Source: Candidatus Parcubacteria bacterium
GTDB lineage: Bacteria > Patescibacteriota > Saccharimonadia > UBA4664 > JBIOIQ01
Assembly: GCA_963718875.1 (NCBI GenBank)
Contig: OY970378.1
Coordinates: 1,075,691 to 1,139,690 of the forward strand
Length of the DNA: 64,000 bases
Direction of reading: 5' to 3'
The notes under the pieces are model-generated. The model worked only from the letters and a program-made list of their open reading frames with translations. It did not search any database and had not been told where the DNA came from. The position numbers and the translations under genes are program-made. Of this stretch, positions 49,801-58,515 are shown in pieces. The first letter of the stretch is position 1, and the number at the start of each line of letters is the position of its first letter.

Positions 49801-50023
49801 GACGGCTATTTTAAAACGTAAACTTGATCTAATCATAAGCATTCCATCAGGCACGGATACCAACAAAGACGGATTTGAAATGAGGCGCCTCGCAATAGAC
49901 AACCACATACCTCTGGTAACTAACGCGGAAATTGCCAAGTTATTATTGCGTTGCTTAGCCGAAGTTGATCTCAATAAACTTGAACCAAGATCGTGGCAGG
50001 AGTTTATGGAAGCACGAGATTAA
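46841..50023 (+). CDS. carB: Carbamoyl-phosphate synthase large subunit
   Basis: IGQAGEFDYSG, two ATP-grasp domains, MGS domain. Confidence 0.97.
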   Translation: MSKPKQTKILILGSGGLRIGQAGEFDYSGSQAIKALKEEGIYTVLINPNVATVQTDGDMADRVYFQPLNTATVTKIIKRERPTAIFLSFGGQTALNLGLALNDDGTLAKYKVEVLGTPVKVIKTTEDRELFKKALSQINVKTANSLAVYSVAEALSAAKKIGYPVMMRSGYSLGGLGSGRVETAGELKTKTAEAFQAVPQILIEEYLGGWKEVEYEVVRDAGGNAITVCNMENLDPMGIHTGESIVVAPSQTLTNEEYHRLREIAIKTISHLGIIGECNIQYALNPISGDYRVIEVNARLSRSSALASKATGYPLAHVATKLMLGQLLNEIKNSVTGSTPAFFEPALDYIAVKMPRWDLDKLKSSSHRLGSEMKSVGEVMALGRSFPEALQKAIRMLGIGADGLSYNPHKFLKPIDEVQQATDRRLFAVYELFKRGHDVEELHRMSSIDRWFLHHIKSIQELEKELGASPLSRDRLLQAKKMGFSDKSLARLQGTTEPVIRARRKKLGITPVIKQIDTLAGEFDAETNYLYATYHGSSTDVKPLSKKPVIVLGSGPYCIGSSVEFDWCAVNTAKTLRQQNRPTIIINSNPETVSTDFDHSDRLYFEELTLERVQDIAEFESGASIVVSVGGQIANNLALPLNKAGFSILGTAAESIDQAEDRKKFSSMLNRLGVDQPEWEEVTTYANAKKFAKKVGYPVLIRPSYVLSGGAMNVVTDEFELKHYLEAATHLSPDHPVVLSQFITNAKELEVDGVADNGQVVIYAISEHVENAGIHSGDATVVLPPQRLYLETIRRSKSITKQIVKTLGITGPFNIQFIAKDNDIKVIECNVRASRSFPFVSKVTNHNFIAIATMTMLGKAPRAEYQTLELDYVGVKSPQFSYNRLKGADPVAGVEMASTGEVACLGSDLVEAFYASWLATEQSVRGKSLFVSIGGDHKHKLIDEIQKLHGLGWKLSATEGTRDYLKVRGVPSKCLYKLSEQVEPSVATAILKRKLDLIISIPSGTDTNKDGFEMRRLAIDNHIPLVTNAEIAKLLLRCLAEVDLNKLEPRSWQEFMEARD

Positions 50024-50098
50024 CGATAAGCACTTAAAGGGAGGCTCCCTCTAAGCACTTAAGCTTGCTTAGGCGAACAAAAACCGTACAATGATTTT

Positions 50099-50725
50099 AT
50101 GCCAAGGATCAATGCCGTAAAACCCTATATCGAAAACACCTACTACCATGTATACAACCGTGGAGTAGATAAGGAATTGATATATATTGATGATCAGGAT
50201 TACCATTACTTTATTCGCCTGTTAAATTTCTACTTGACTCCAGCTAAGTTTGAAGCGGAAACCTTATTTCGAAATCGATCGTGGAGATCAATAGAAAATG
50301 ATTTATCAATGGACGTAAAGCTTATATCCTATTGTTTGATGCCAAATCATTTTCATCTTCTACTCAAGCAACTACCCAATGATGGCCTAACTAAATTAAT
50401 GAAACGAGTTAGTGCGTCTTACGCCCTTTATTTCAATCTCAAGCATCAAAGAGTTGGACATTTGTTTGAGTCGAGCTGCAAAGCCAGGGCTATTTTCAAT
50501 GATGAGGATTTTATTGGGACCAACGCATACGTTCATCGAAACGCAAAAGATATTATGTACGACTACACTAAGTACCCTTACTCAAATCTGAAAGATATTA
50601 TTACGATGACAAAAAATTCTTGGACGAGTCCAACAGAGTTGCTTGAATTCTTTAACGGCGATCCCGTTAATTATCGTGATTACGTTTTAGTTGAGAGGGA
50701 GGCTCCCTTGAAATTGTTATGCTAA
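50099..50725 (+). mobile_element. REP-associated tyrosine transposase (Y1 HUH, RAYT-like) flanked by REPs
   Basis: YHVYNRG, YCLMPNHFHLL, G.LF..., YVH.N; REP copies at 50037-50051 and 50695-50709. Confidence 0.85.
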
Positions 50726-51193
50726 GCGGATTTGACTAGAGTGGGTGATGGCAATAGCGAGGGCGTCGGCGGCGTCATCGGGTTTTGGTATAGTGTTCAG
50801 GCCTAGCAAGCTTTTGACCATTTCCTGGATTTGATGTTTGTCTGCCTTGCCGTACCCTGTAACGGCCTGCTTGACTTGCAATGGAGTATATTCGGCAATA
50901 GGTAAATTAGCTTGGGCCGCCACTAGAATTGCCACTCCCCTTGCCTGGCCTACTGTCATGGCAGTGGTTACATTTGTAGCAAAATACAGCAGTTCAATGG
51001 CTACGACGTTGGGTTTATGCTCTGATATTAACTCCCCGAGCTCATCGTAAATCGTTATTAAGCGGTCCTTCATGTCGACATCCGATTTTGTGGTAATAAC
51101 GCCAGCATCGATAAACTTCAGTTTCCCTCTCTCTATATCAATAACGCCAAAACCGGTGGTGGCGGTGCCGGGGTCAATGCCAAGTATTCTCAC
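50717..51193 (-). CDS. ruvC: Holliday junction resolvase RuvC
   Basis: ILGIDPG, QARGV, YTP..VK, DDAADALA. Confidence 0.96.
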   Translation of the reverse strand: MRILGIDPGTATTGFGVIDIERGKLKFIDAGVITTKSDVDMKDRLITIYDELGELISEHKPNVVAIELLYFATNVTTAMTVGQARGVAILVAAQANLPIAEYTPLQVKQAVTGYGKADKHQIQEMVKSLLGLNTIPKPDDAADALAIAITHSSQIRLA

Positions 51194-51687
51194 TAGACCT
51201 TACCGAAATTGATACTGCCACCGTTTAGTAGCTCTAGCCCGCGCTTAACTACCGCTATTTCTGGGTCATCGGCTGGTCTAGATACGAACATATCGCTAAT
51301 GTTGGCAGGCCCAACCCAGATATACTCGGAATGATCGTTAGGATCCAACTTGAGCTGGTCGATCGGCTCGACAAAAGTAGAAAAATAATCTACTTCTATA
51401 GTATGTTCACCTTTTTCTTCATAAACATACGTAAAAGCAGCGAATGGATCGCTCACAACAATGTGCATTCCAAACTCTTCCATAATCTCACGCTTGAGGC
51501 CTTCGACGATGTCTTCACCTACCTCAATATGTCCTCCAGGTAATTCATATACACCTGGCAAAAACTTCTTTGTAGCTGCCCGCTTAGCCAAAAAGACTTT
51601 TTCAACTCCATCAAAACTTTGATGGATAAAAGCACAGGCTGTTATCACTTGATGAATCTTGATAGATGTTTCGGCTTCGCTCAACAT
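51193..51687 (-). CDS. NUDIX hydrolase
   Basis: PGGHIEVGED..EGLKREIMEEFG Nudix box. Confidence 0.88.
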   Translation of the reverse strand: MLSEAETSIKIHQVITACAFIHQSFDGVEKVFLAKRAATKKFLPGVYELPGGHIEVGEDIVEGLKREIMEEFGMHIVVSDPFAAFTYVYEEKGEHTIEVDYFSTFVEPIDQLKLDPNDHSEYIWVGPANISDMFVSRPADDPEIAVVKRGLELLNGGSINFGKV

Positions 51688-51691
51688 GACC

Positions 51692-52417
51692 CTAGGCCGG
51701 TTCTTCTGGCAAATCGGCATTGGTATAGGTTTCTGTCACATCGTCTAGTTCGTCTAGTGCTTCCATCAGTTTCATAACAGTTTCGGCGGATTTGCCGTCT
51801 ACTGCCACCATAGTTTGAGGAATGTAGCTTAAGACGGCTGATTCAATTTCATATTGTGCATCACTCAAAGCTTTGCGAACTTTATCCAGGTCAGAAGGAG
51901 CGGTATATGCTAATAGGCCTTTTTCAATTTCGTCAATGTCTTCAGCGCCTGCTTCGATGGCGTCCAAAGTCCCCTGGTCTTTGTCGCTGGCCTTGATCTC
52001 GATCACGCCCTTTTGGTCAAACTGGTACGCCACAGAACCGGCCGTGCCCATACTGCCGCCGTGCTTGGAAAATGCTGAACGCACTTCTGGTGCCGTGCGA
52101 TTGCGATTATCGGTGGCTGTTTCGACAATAACTGCCACTCCACCAGGACCATAACCTTCATAAATTACTTCTTCTAGCGCCGCTCCCCCATCCAGCCCGG
52201 CTCCACGCCTAATGGCGCGCTCGATATTATTGTTTGGGACGCCCGCTTTGCGGGCTTGATCAACGGCCAGACGTAGCTTAAAGTTCGACTCAGGTTCTGC
52301 GCCACCGCGGGCGGCAACGGAAATAAGATTAGCGAATTTGGTAAAAGCCGCTCCACGACGGGCATCTTTGATACCTTTTTGGTGCTTGATTGTGGCCCAT
52401 TTAGAATGTCCTGACAT
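51692..52417 (-). CDS. yebC: YebC/PmpR family protein
   Basis: MSGHSKWATIK, YEGYGPGG, TDNRNRT. Confidence 0.95.
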   Translation of the reverse strand: MSGHSKWATIKHQKGIKDARRGAAFTKFANLISVAARGGAEPESNFKLRLAVDQARKAGVPNNNIERAIRRGAGLDGGAALEEVIYEGYGPGGVAVIVETATDNRNRTAPEVRSAFSKHGGSMGTAGSVAYQFDQKGVIEIKASDKDQGTLDAIEAGAEDIDEIEKGLLAYTAPSDLDKVRKALSDAQYEIESAVLSYIPQTMVAVDGKSAETVMKLMEALDELDDVTETYTNADLPEEPA

Positions 52418-52509
52418 CTGTGTTTACCTTCCTGACCTGAGCTTAGTCGAATGGTTGACTTTTAACCCTTAACTTTTGACTTACGCTCGGCGATAGCGTC
52501 AGTTAAACG

Positions 52510-53943
52510 TCAGCGTGTTACTTGTTCATTAAGCGTTTCTTTAAGTATTATATCACCGGCCGCTGAAGCTGTGGGTTTTCTTCGACTAAATGCCACTGCT
52601 GCAATTACTATGGCCGCGTACAACAATAGAATGGTAGCAAATGAGACTTTTAGGCTGATGCTAGCCCAGTTAAGACTGGCTAGTAGTTCTACTACTCCTA
52701 GCATTACCTTGAGCACAATATAGGCTGGCAAGCTGGCCCAACCGAAGGCAGGAGTAAGTAAATTTATGACTCCAGCTACGAAGCTTGCGAGCATAGCAAG
52801 TGGTACAAGTGGCAAAACAAGGACGTTAGCCAGCACTCCAACCACTGAGAATTGATGAAAAACGCTCAAAATAATGGGGAAGGTTAGGAGTTGAGCGCAA
52901 AACGCTTCAACTATAATTTTTTTGACCCAAGTGGGGCGTTTTAGGCGTTTTTCTATCATGGGTGCAACTACCAAAATACCGATAAAAGCTAAAAATGATA
53001 GTTGCCACCCTACGTCGCTCCATAAGTATTCTGGTTTCCATAGGGTGGTCAGCACAGCTGGTACTGCCACCAGCACCCATGGTTTAATTTTACGACCGTA
53101 ATAATAGGTTATGAGTGCAAACACAGAGACTACGGCCGCACGAACAATCGAAGCGCTGGTTCCCGCTACGACTACGAACCCGCCAATTAACCACAAGTTG
53201 ATAGTTAAGGCCACAAAACGGGAGGTACGCGTTAACAAGCGCCTGACAGTTTGGACTATGATGGTGAGGTTATACCCCGATACCGCCACAAGGTGAGAAA
53301 GCCCGACGATGGCTAACTGGTTCTGTAAGTTTTTTGGTATTAGTGACCGGGCGCCCATCAAAAGTCCTAAAGCAAAGCTATTGAGGGGGTCGGGAACAGT
53401 GCTGTTGATGCTGGCTATAAAACGCTGGCGCAATTTTTCCAGTCCGGTTTGAGTGCGCGAAATAATAACTACTGAACCGTAGACACCGGCTTGACGACTA
53501 CCGAGGACCGAATAAAGTTTTCCGGTAACTTGGACCTTGTATCCCCGTTGATATTTGGCGCTATAGGTTTTAACAGTCAAAGCGCCTGGTACTGACTGGT
53601 TTTGCAGCGTAAGCGACCCTAGCAAGAAAGTAGTGGTGCCTTTTTCATTAGTAGCAGGATCGTCTTTTACAGTCCCGTTAAAACTTACACTGCGCCCTAT
53701 TAGGTTATTTATGACCTGATAGCGCGATAACGATTGATGCCCATAAAATATTCCGAGCGCTAAACCTATAGTTAGCATGGCTATTATTAATAACCGAGAC
53801 CTCCAGGCGACCATGCAAACTACAATTGCCACCACAGCAAGCGAAATGTTGGCGTACCAGCCGAGGTGACCAAGCCATAAACCAGCCAGCCAGGCGGTGG
53901 AAAAACCGACGATGCTCCATGAATACTGGTTTCTTAAACGCAA
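52510..53943 (-). CDS. comEC: Competence protein ComEC/Rec2
   Basis: GLSHLVAVSGYN, S..RA, GWQLSF. Confidence 0.92.
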   Translation of the reverse strand: MRLRNQYSWSIVGFSTAWLAGLWLGHLGWYANISLAVVAIVVCMVAWRSRLLIIAMLTIGLALGIFYGHQSLSRYQVINNLIGRSVSFNGTVKDDPATNEKGTTTFLLGSLTLQNQSVPGALTVKTYSAKYQRGYKVQVTGKLYSVLGSRQAGVYGSVVIISRTQTGLEKLRQRFIASINSTVPDPLNSFALGLLMGARSLIPKNLQNQLAIVGLSHLVAVSGYNLTIIVQTVRRLLTRTSRFVALTINLWLIGGFVVVAGTSASIVRAAVVSVFALITYYYGRKIKPWVLVAVPAVLTTLWKPEYLWSDVGWQLSFLAFIGILVVAPMIEKRLKRPTWVKKIIVEAFCAQLLTFPIILSVFHQFSVVGVLANVLVLPLVPLAMLASFVAGVINLLTPAFGWASLPAYIVLKVMLGVVELLASLNWASISLKVSFATILLLYAAIVIAAVAFSRRKPTASAAGDIILKETLNEQVTR

Positions 53944-54112
53944 AATGAGGGCTCCAAGCCCTCATTAAATATTGGTCTTATTGTGTCATGGAACTAGTTA
54001 GAATTTCAAGCTAAATTTAGTTTAGTCAGCTTTGTACATTATATGACAACGTCCTCTAGCCGAACCCTAAGGATCCAGCTAGAGGACGTTTGAGCAGAAC
54101 GAGGCGATGTGG

Positions 54113-54454
54113 CTAGAACACCAAGCGACCGTTCCGGCGAACTTCGATGACTTCACCCGTGCTGGTGTTGTTGACGCCGAACTTGCGACCGAACCTGACG
54201 ATTCGATCGACCGATGTCCGATCCGGACTGATCAGAAGCTGTCCGAAGGTCCGGCTATTGGTCTGGATGAAGACCCCATGCACCCGGGTCGACGTAACGG
54301 TAGAGCCGGTAGCCCTTGTGAAGTACCAGTTCGACGCGTCAGTTCGGACCCAAAGCACCTCGCCAGGGTCCAGCTCGGCCAGATCGAACTCGAACGTTCG
54401 ATTGGTGCTCGGGTGGGGCTTGACGGTGCCACCGTCTCTCATTGCTGATCTCAT
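54113..54454 (-). CDS. GC-rich hypothetical protein (orphan unit) with IS30 upstream
   Basis: GGAGG-N4-ATG at 54454; perfect 13-bp hairpin 54048-54090. Confidence 0.6.
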   Translation of the reverse strand: MRSAMRDGGTVKPHPSTNRTFEFDLAELDPGEVLWVRTDASNWYFTRATGSTVTSTRVHGVFIQTNSRTFGQLLISPDRTSVDRIVRFGRKFGVNNTSTGEVIEVRRNGRLVF

Positions 54455-54508
54455 TGGGCCTCCCCAATGTAGCCTATCCACTCTTGGATAGGAGTTGTCG
54501 GCCAATCC

Positions 54509-55540
54509 CTCCATTCCGTTTTGAATCAGGACAGTCAACCCGTAGAGTGTCATCATGGTAAAAGCTACTAAACTAACATCGGCAGAGCGTTCGGAAATAG
54601 AAATTCTTTTAAATAAAGGTCACACTCTTAGGGCCATTGGTCGGGCTTTGGGCCGGAGCCTCAATACCATCAGTGATGAGGTGAAGCGTAATAAGACCCC
54701 GGAAGGCTACAATGCCCGCATCGCCAAACAAAAAGCCTACGTCAAACGCAAGTATGCCAAGTACCAGGGCAAGAAGATCCAGGAGAATGATGATTTGCGC
54801 TGGTACATCATTGTGCGCCTCATGGATGGCTGGAATCCCGATGAGATAGCGGGACGACTAAAAAAAGATCAGCACGGTTACTATGCCTCTAAGACAGCCA
54901 TCTACGAATGGCTCGACAGCGCCAGAGGGCAGAAGTACTGTGACTACCTGCCCTCCCGTAGGTACAGACCAAAGAAGCGCAAACCAAAGACCGATCGGGT
55001 GATGATTCCAGATCGGGTGAGTATTACAGAGCGCCCCCATGAAGCTACCGTCCGGAGCGAAGTGGGCCACTATGAGGGGGATACCATCGTTAGCGGCAAG
55101 CGGACTGGATCAAAAGCAGCAATCGTAGTGATTCAGGAACGAGTCACCAGACTGATTGCTGCTAGACCCATCCCAGACTTGTGTCCGGTGAGCTTTAATG
55201 GAGCCATCAGCTCTTCCAAACTGGTCTTGCTCTCATCAGCAGTCTGACTCTCGACAACGGTATCGAGAACCGTTGGCACAGATTGCTCGATATGCTCGTT
55301 TTTTTCTGTGACCCCTATTCTAGCTGGCAAAAAGGAGGGGTGGAAAACGCCAACCGAATGATTCGGCACTACTTGCCCAAAGGCATGGATCTAGCCACCG
55401 TGACGAACAAAGAATTGCAGCGTATCATTACGATCATAAACAACAAACCCAGGAAGATCCTGGGATATATGTCCGCTATTGAAATGGCTAAAGAGAAAGG
55501 AGTTTTACGAGAGACTGTCCTGATTGAGGGGTGAATTCAG
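54509..55540 (+). mobile_element. IS30-family insertion sequence
   Basis: Imperfect terminal IRs with core AATCAGGACAGTC (54524-54536 / 55513-55525); ends approximate. Confidence 0.85.
54555..55534 (+). pseudogene. IS30 transposase, frameshifted near 55200
   Basis: HTH and GHYEGDTI in one frame; TLDNGIE, DPYSSWQKG.VEN, NNKPRK.LG in the shifted frame. Confidence 0.85.
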
Positions 55541-55605
55541 GATCCGACAAGTTAAATTACTATACTACATTAGAAGCATAAATAATAGTTTTAATTTGCC
55601 AAAGA

Positions 55606-57222
55606 CTAATGAGCAAGCCTTAGCTTATATCGAACGACTGAACGGGCACGCCGAACTGCTGCCAAGGCTTTATGGTTATATGAATATTTGAACTTCCACG
55701 CTGCCGTCGAATCCAGGCGATAAGGATAATGTGGGTAGAGTCGATTTTGAGCCTGAAGTGTTTTAACAACCTCAAGTTTTGGGTTAGATAGAAACAGCTT
55801 GTGGTCCAGGCGAGCTTGCCATCCGTTTTCGCTATCATGACGCGTGGGTCGGCGGTGAGATTTGGCAATAACAGCCAGCGCGGATAGAGTCCAGGCTTGG
55901 GTTTGTTCAGGAATGTTTGTCCCCCTTATAAGGGTAAAATTATCAATGTGAAGGTGGGTTTGGGGAGGGCCAAAATAAACCCGGTTGTCTGGACCGCAGT
56001 AAAAAAATTCGGGATACCCTTGGGTAATGATCGAGCCGTTTACCAGGCAGGTCTCGAGCTGGTTAGCTAAGCGGGCGAATCCTTGCCGCCGCAAACCTCT
56101 GGAAATGTTAAAAGTTTCCTTAGGCCAGACTGTCCAAGCGCCATGATAGTCGTGATGCCCTACCACATTTGCAAAGCGCAGGGAGCGACTACGTATCCCT
56201 ACAGGTGTGAGAAACTGGTGACTATATATGCCCCTTACCAAAACTTCGACATATTTCTGAGATAGTGATTTGGCAAGATTATCGAATATTGATGTGCCAA
56301 GTAACAATGCCGGGTTGGATGAAGAGATGGTAATTTGTCTGGTAACTCCGGTTACCGGATGACGGTCGAGTGCTTGGGCAAAATAGTGTTTCGACGGCAT
56401 CCAAAATAATTTAAAAGTCTGAGCTTGAACCGTATCTGCCAAAACTTTCCACTGGTGTGCCGGTCCGGGGTGTTGCCTATGCAATAGTTGATGTCCCCGC
56501 GTAAAAGCATCATAGGTGTAACCCTGCACCTCAATCGGTGCTATCGGAGCCGCGTGATTGGCTATTTCGCCGTTTGCATGAACATATGCTTCTAAAGAAT
56601 CTTTCCAGACTTGGTTTTCAATTCCTCTTGAATTGGTTCGGTGGTACTCCAACAGGCTTATTTCAGAGTTGTTAATCCTGGTGCTAAGCCATTGCAAACT
56701 CGCTAAAATTGATTGTTCAATGGTGACGACATGACCGTCTTTATTAACGACTGTTTCAGCTAATATTGCGGCGCCATGAACACGACAATAATCTGCCACT
56801 AGGCAAACATATTGCGGCGTGGCGTCAATACAGCCGTAATAAAGTAAAAAATCTTCTTCTGGGTAGCCCCACTTTTTTTGTAAATCCCGTAGTATTGCCT
56901 CCGAGCTAGGTGCAATCCTACTCCCGTCGATAAATAAGGAACGATATTCGTGATGGATCCGGCCGGGCTCTTCCTCTGTATGCTTGTTATATTTGGTGCC
57001 CTGAAGCTTGGCCAGGGTTAAGATTACTTCTTTGGCGACGTCGGGAAAAATTGATAAAACGTCACTGGCAACTTCTATTGAGTCACGCCCAATCACGGCA
57101 TCTTTGAACAAATTGTTATTGCTGGCATACACCCCCATGCCGGTTTTAGATCGAATCCGGTCAAAATCGGCTATGGGATTGGGAATGTTTATAGATGTTT
57201 GTTGGGCAACACGGGTGGCCAT
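55606..57222 (-). CDS. Amylo-alpha-1,6-glucosidase (glycogen debranching, GDE-C-like)
   Basis: GRD, EEPGRIHHE, YG.IDAT, NQ.WKDS, EVQGY, YHG..VWP, QAW. Confidence 0.85.
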   Translation of the reverse strand: MATRVAQQTSINIPNPIADFDRIRSKTGMGVYASNNNLFKDAVIGRDSIEVASDVLSIFPDVAKEVILTLAKLQGTKYNKHTEEEPGRIHHEYRSLFIDGSRIAPSSEAILRDLQKKWGYPEEDFLLYYGCIDATPQYVCLVADYCRVHGAAILAETVVNKDGHVVTIEQSILASLQWLSTRINNSEISLLEYHRTNSRGIENQVWKDSLEAYVHANGEIANHAAPIAPIEVQGYTYDAFTRGHQLLHRQHPGPAHQWKVLADTVQAQTFKLFWMPSKHYFAQALDRHPVTGVTRQITISSSNPALLLGTSIFDNLAKSLSQKYVEVLVRGIYSHQFLTPVGIRSRSLRFANVVGHHDYHGAWTVWPKETFNISRGLRRQGFARLANQLETCLVNGSIITQGYPEFFYCGPDNRVYFGPPQTHLHIDNFTLIRGTNIPEQTQAWTLSALAVIAKSHRRPTRHDSENGWQARLDHKLFLSNPKLEVVKTLQAQNRLYPHYPYRLDSTAAWKFKYSYNHKALAAVRRARSVVRYKLRLAH

Positions 57223-57475
57223 ACCATCTATTATACCCTTTTTGCTTATGCTTTGATTAGGAAAGATCTCTAATAATGATAACGACAAGAGGAGATTCTA
57301 ATTTCATCATCGGCGACTATATAGACTAAGCGGTGCTCATCGTTAATCCTACGCGACCAAGCACCCGATAAATCCCCTTTGAGTGGCTCTGGTTCCCCGT
57401 GCTGGCACGTTTGATTGAATGCCGCGTCCCTGTGTGTCTGTATCAGGAATCAAACAAAACTGTTATATTATCAAT

Positions 57476-57994
57476 ATGTTCAATATTGGTGCAGGCTTTA
57501 TGGCATTTGGGTTAATGTTGTGGCTGTACAAGAAGTTACCTGCGATTGGTGGCGGAACGCGTTTGACAACAACTGGAACTATTGTAGGATACAAGCAGTT
57601 CCCGTCTGACAAGACAATAACCAATAACAATATTTTTCGAGGTCAAAATTTTACATGGCTACGTGTCGTAACATTCAAGAATCCTCAAACTAGTGAAACT
57701 TTAGAGATGCACAGTAACCCGGGAGTCGCCAATCCTGAGCCAATTGGCACAGAAATTAAAATAGGTTTTAATCCAAAAAAAACTGATTCAGCGAAAGATT
57801 TTGTATGGGTACAAAACGGAATGCGTGCCGTTGGAACAATCGCACATGTAAGTTTTGTTACAGGCCTGGTGGTTTTCGTTATTTTACTGTTTGTGTCAAA
57901 ATCTTCACCATTGCAATTTATCCTTATAATACCGGCATTCATGATTGTGTTTGTTGCCAGCTATATAAACGTCTGGAAACGGCCTAATCAATAA
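57476..57994 (+). CDS. DUF3592-like membrane protein
   Basis: TM helix, T.G.IV, V.F, IG..I.I..NP, two TM helices. Confidence 0.55.
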   Translation: MFNIGAGFMAFGLMLWLYKKLPAIGGGTRLTTTGTIVGYKQFPSDKTITNNNIFRGQNFTWLRVVTFKNPQTSETLEMHSNPGVANPEPIGTEIKIGFNPKKTDSAKDFVWVQNGMRAVGTIAHVSFVTGLVVFVILLFVSKSSPLQFILIIPAFMIVFVASYINVWKRPNQ

Positions 57995-58157
57995 GATTAT
58001 TGATTAGCATCATCGTTTTTAACCACTTTAATGAAGCTGCACCGCCACAACACCGTGAGCAAGTTACTGGAATTGCCCGGATCGTAGTCCGGGGTAAGCT
58101 ACTCGCCCCACCGTTTTCTTCCCAAGAAAAAACCCGACACGAGGTCAGGTTTTTTCT

Positions 58158-58233
58158 TGGAGGGCCCAGTGGGGCTCGAACCCACGACACAAGGCTTAAA
58201 AGGCCTCTGCTCTACCGACTGAGCTATGGGCCC
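58158..58233 (-). tRNA. tRNA-Lys(TTT)
   Basis: Cloverleaf, GAGGC-CTTTTAA-GCCTT, CCA. Confidence 0.95.
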
Positions 58234-58515
58234 TCGTCGCAACGACATTTCGGTTTACGTATCATATCCGAATACTTCAACCTCATGTCGTTGTTCCTAA
58301 AGACGGGGTGATCCCCTATCCGGAGCGCCAAACTAGGCAGTAGTTTGAGTTTGGCTTCCGATAGGGAATGACGGTGATATGCTTTTTCACGAGGGGCAAG
58401 CGTTTTTAACAACCGAGCTACTATATCTTAAATCAGCCTCAAAATCAATTTGGCAGTTTGCACAAAGCTTTTACACAAGCAGTATGGCATCCTTAATTAA
58501 CTAATCGAGGGAAAT

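Noticed and set aside
54472-54492. CCTATCCA/TGGATAGG hairpin resembling the pup leader stem
   Set aside because: Only 8-10 bp and in reversed arm order; too short to claim a shared motif
58236-58420. Possible ncRNA upstream of tRNA-Lys (also 57300-57430)
   Set aside because: Hairpins are present but match no family I can recognise; needs an Infernal/Rfam search
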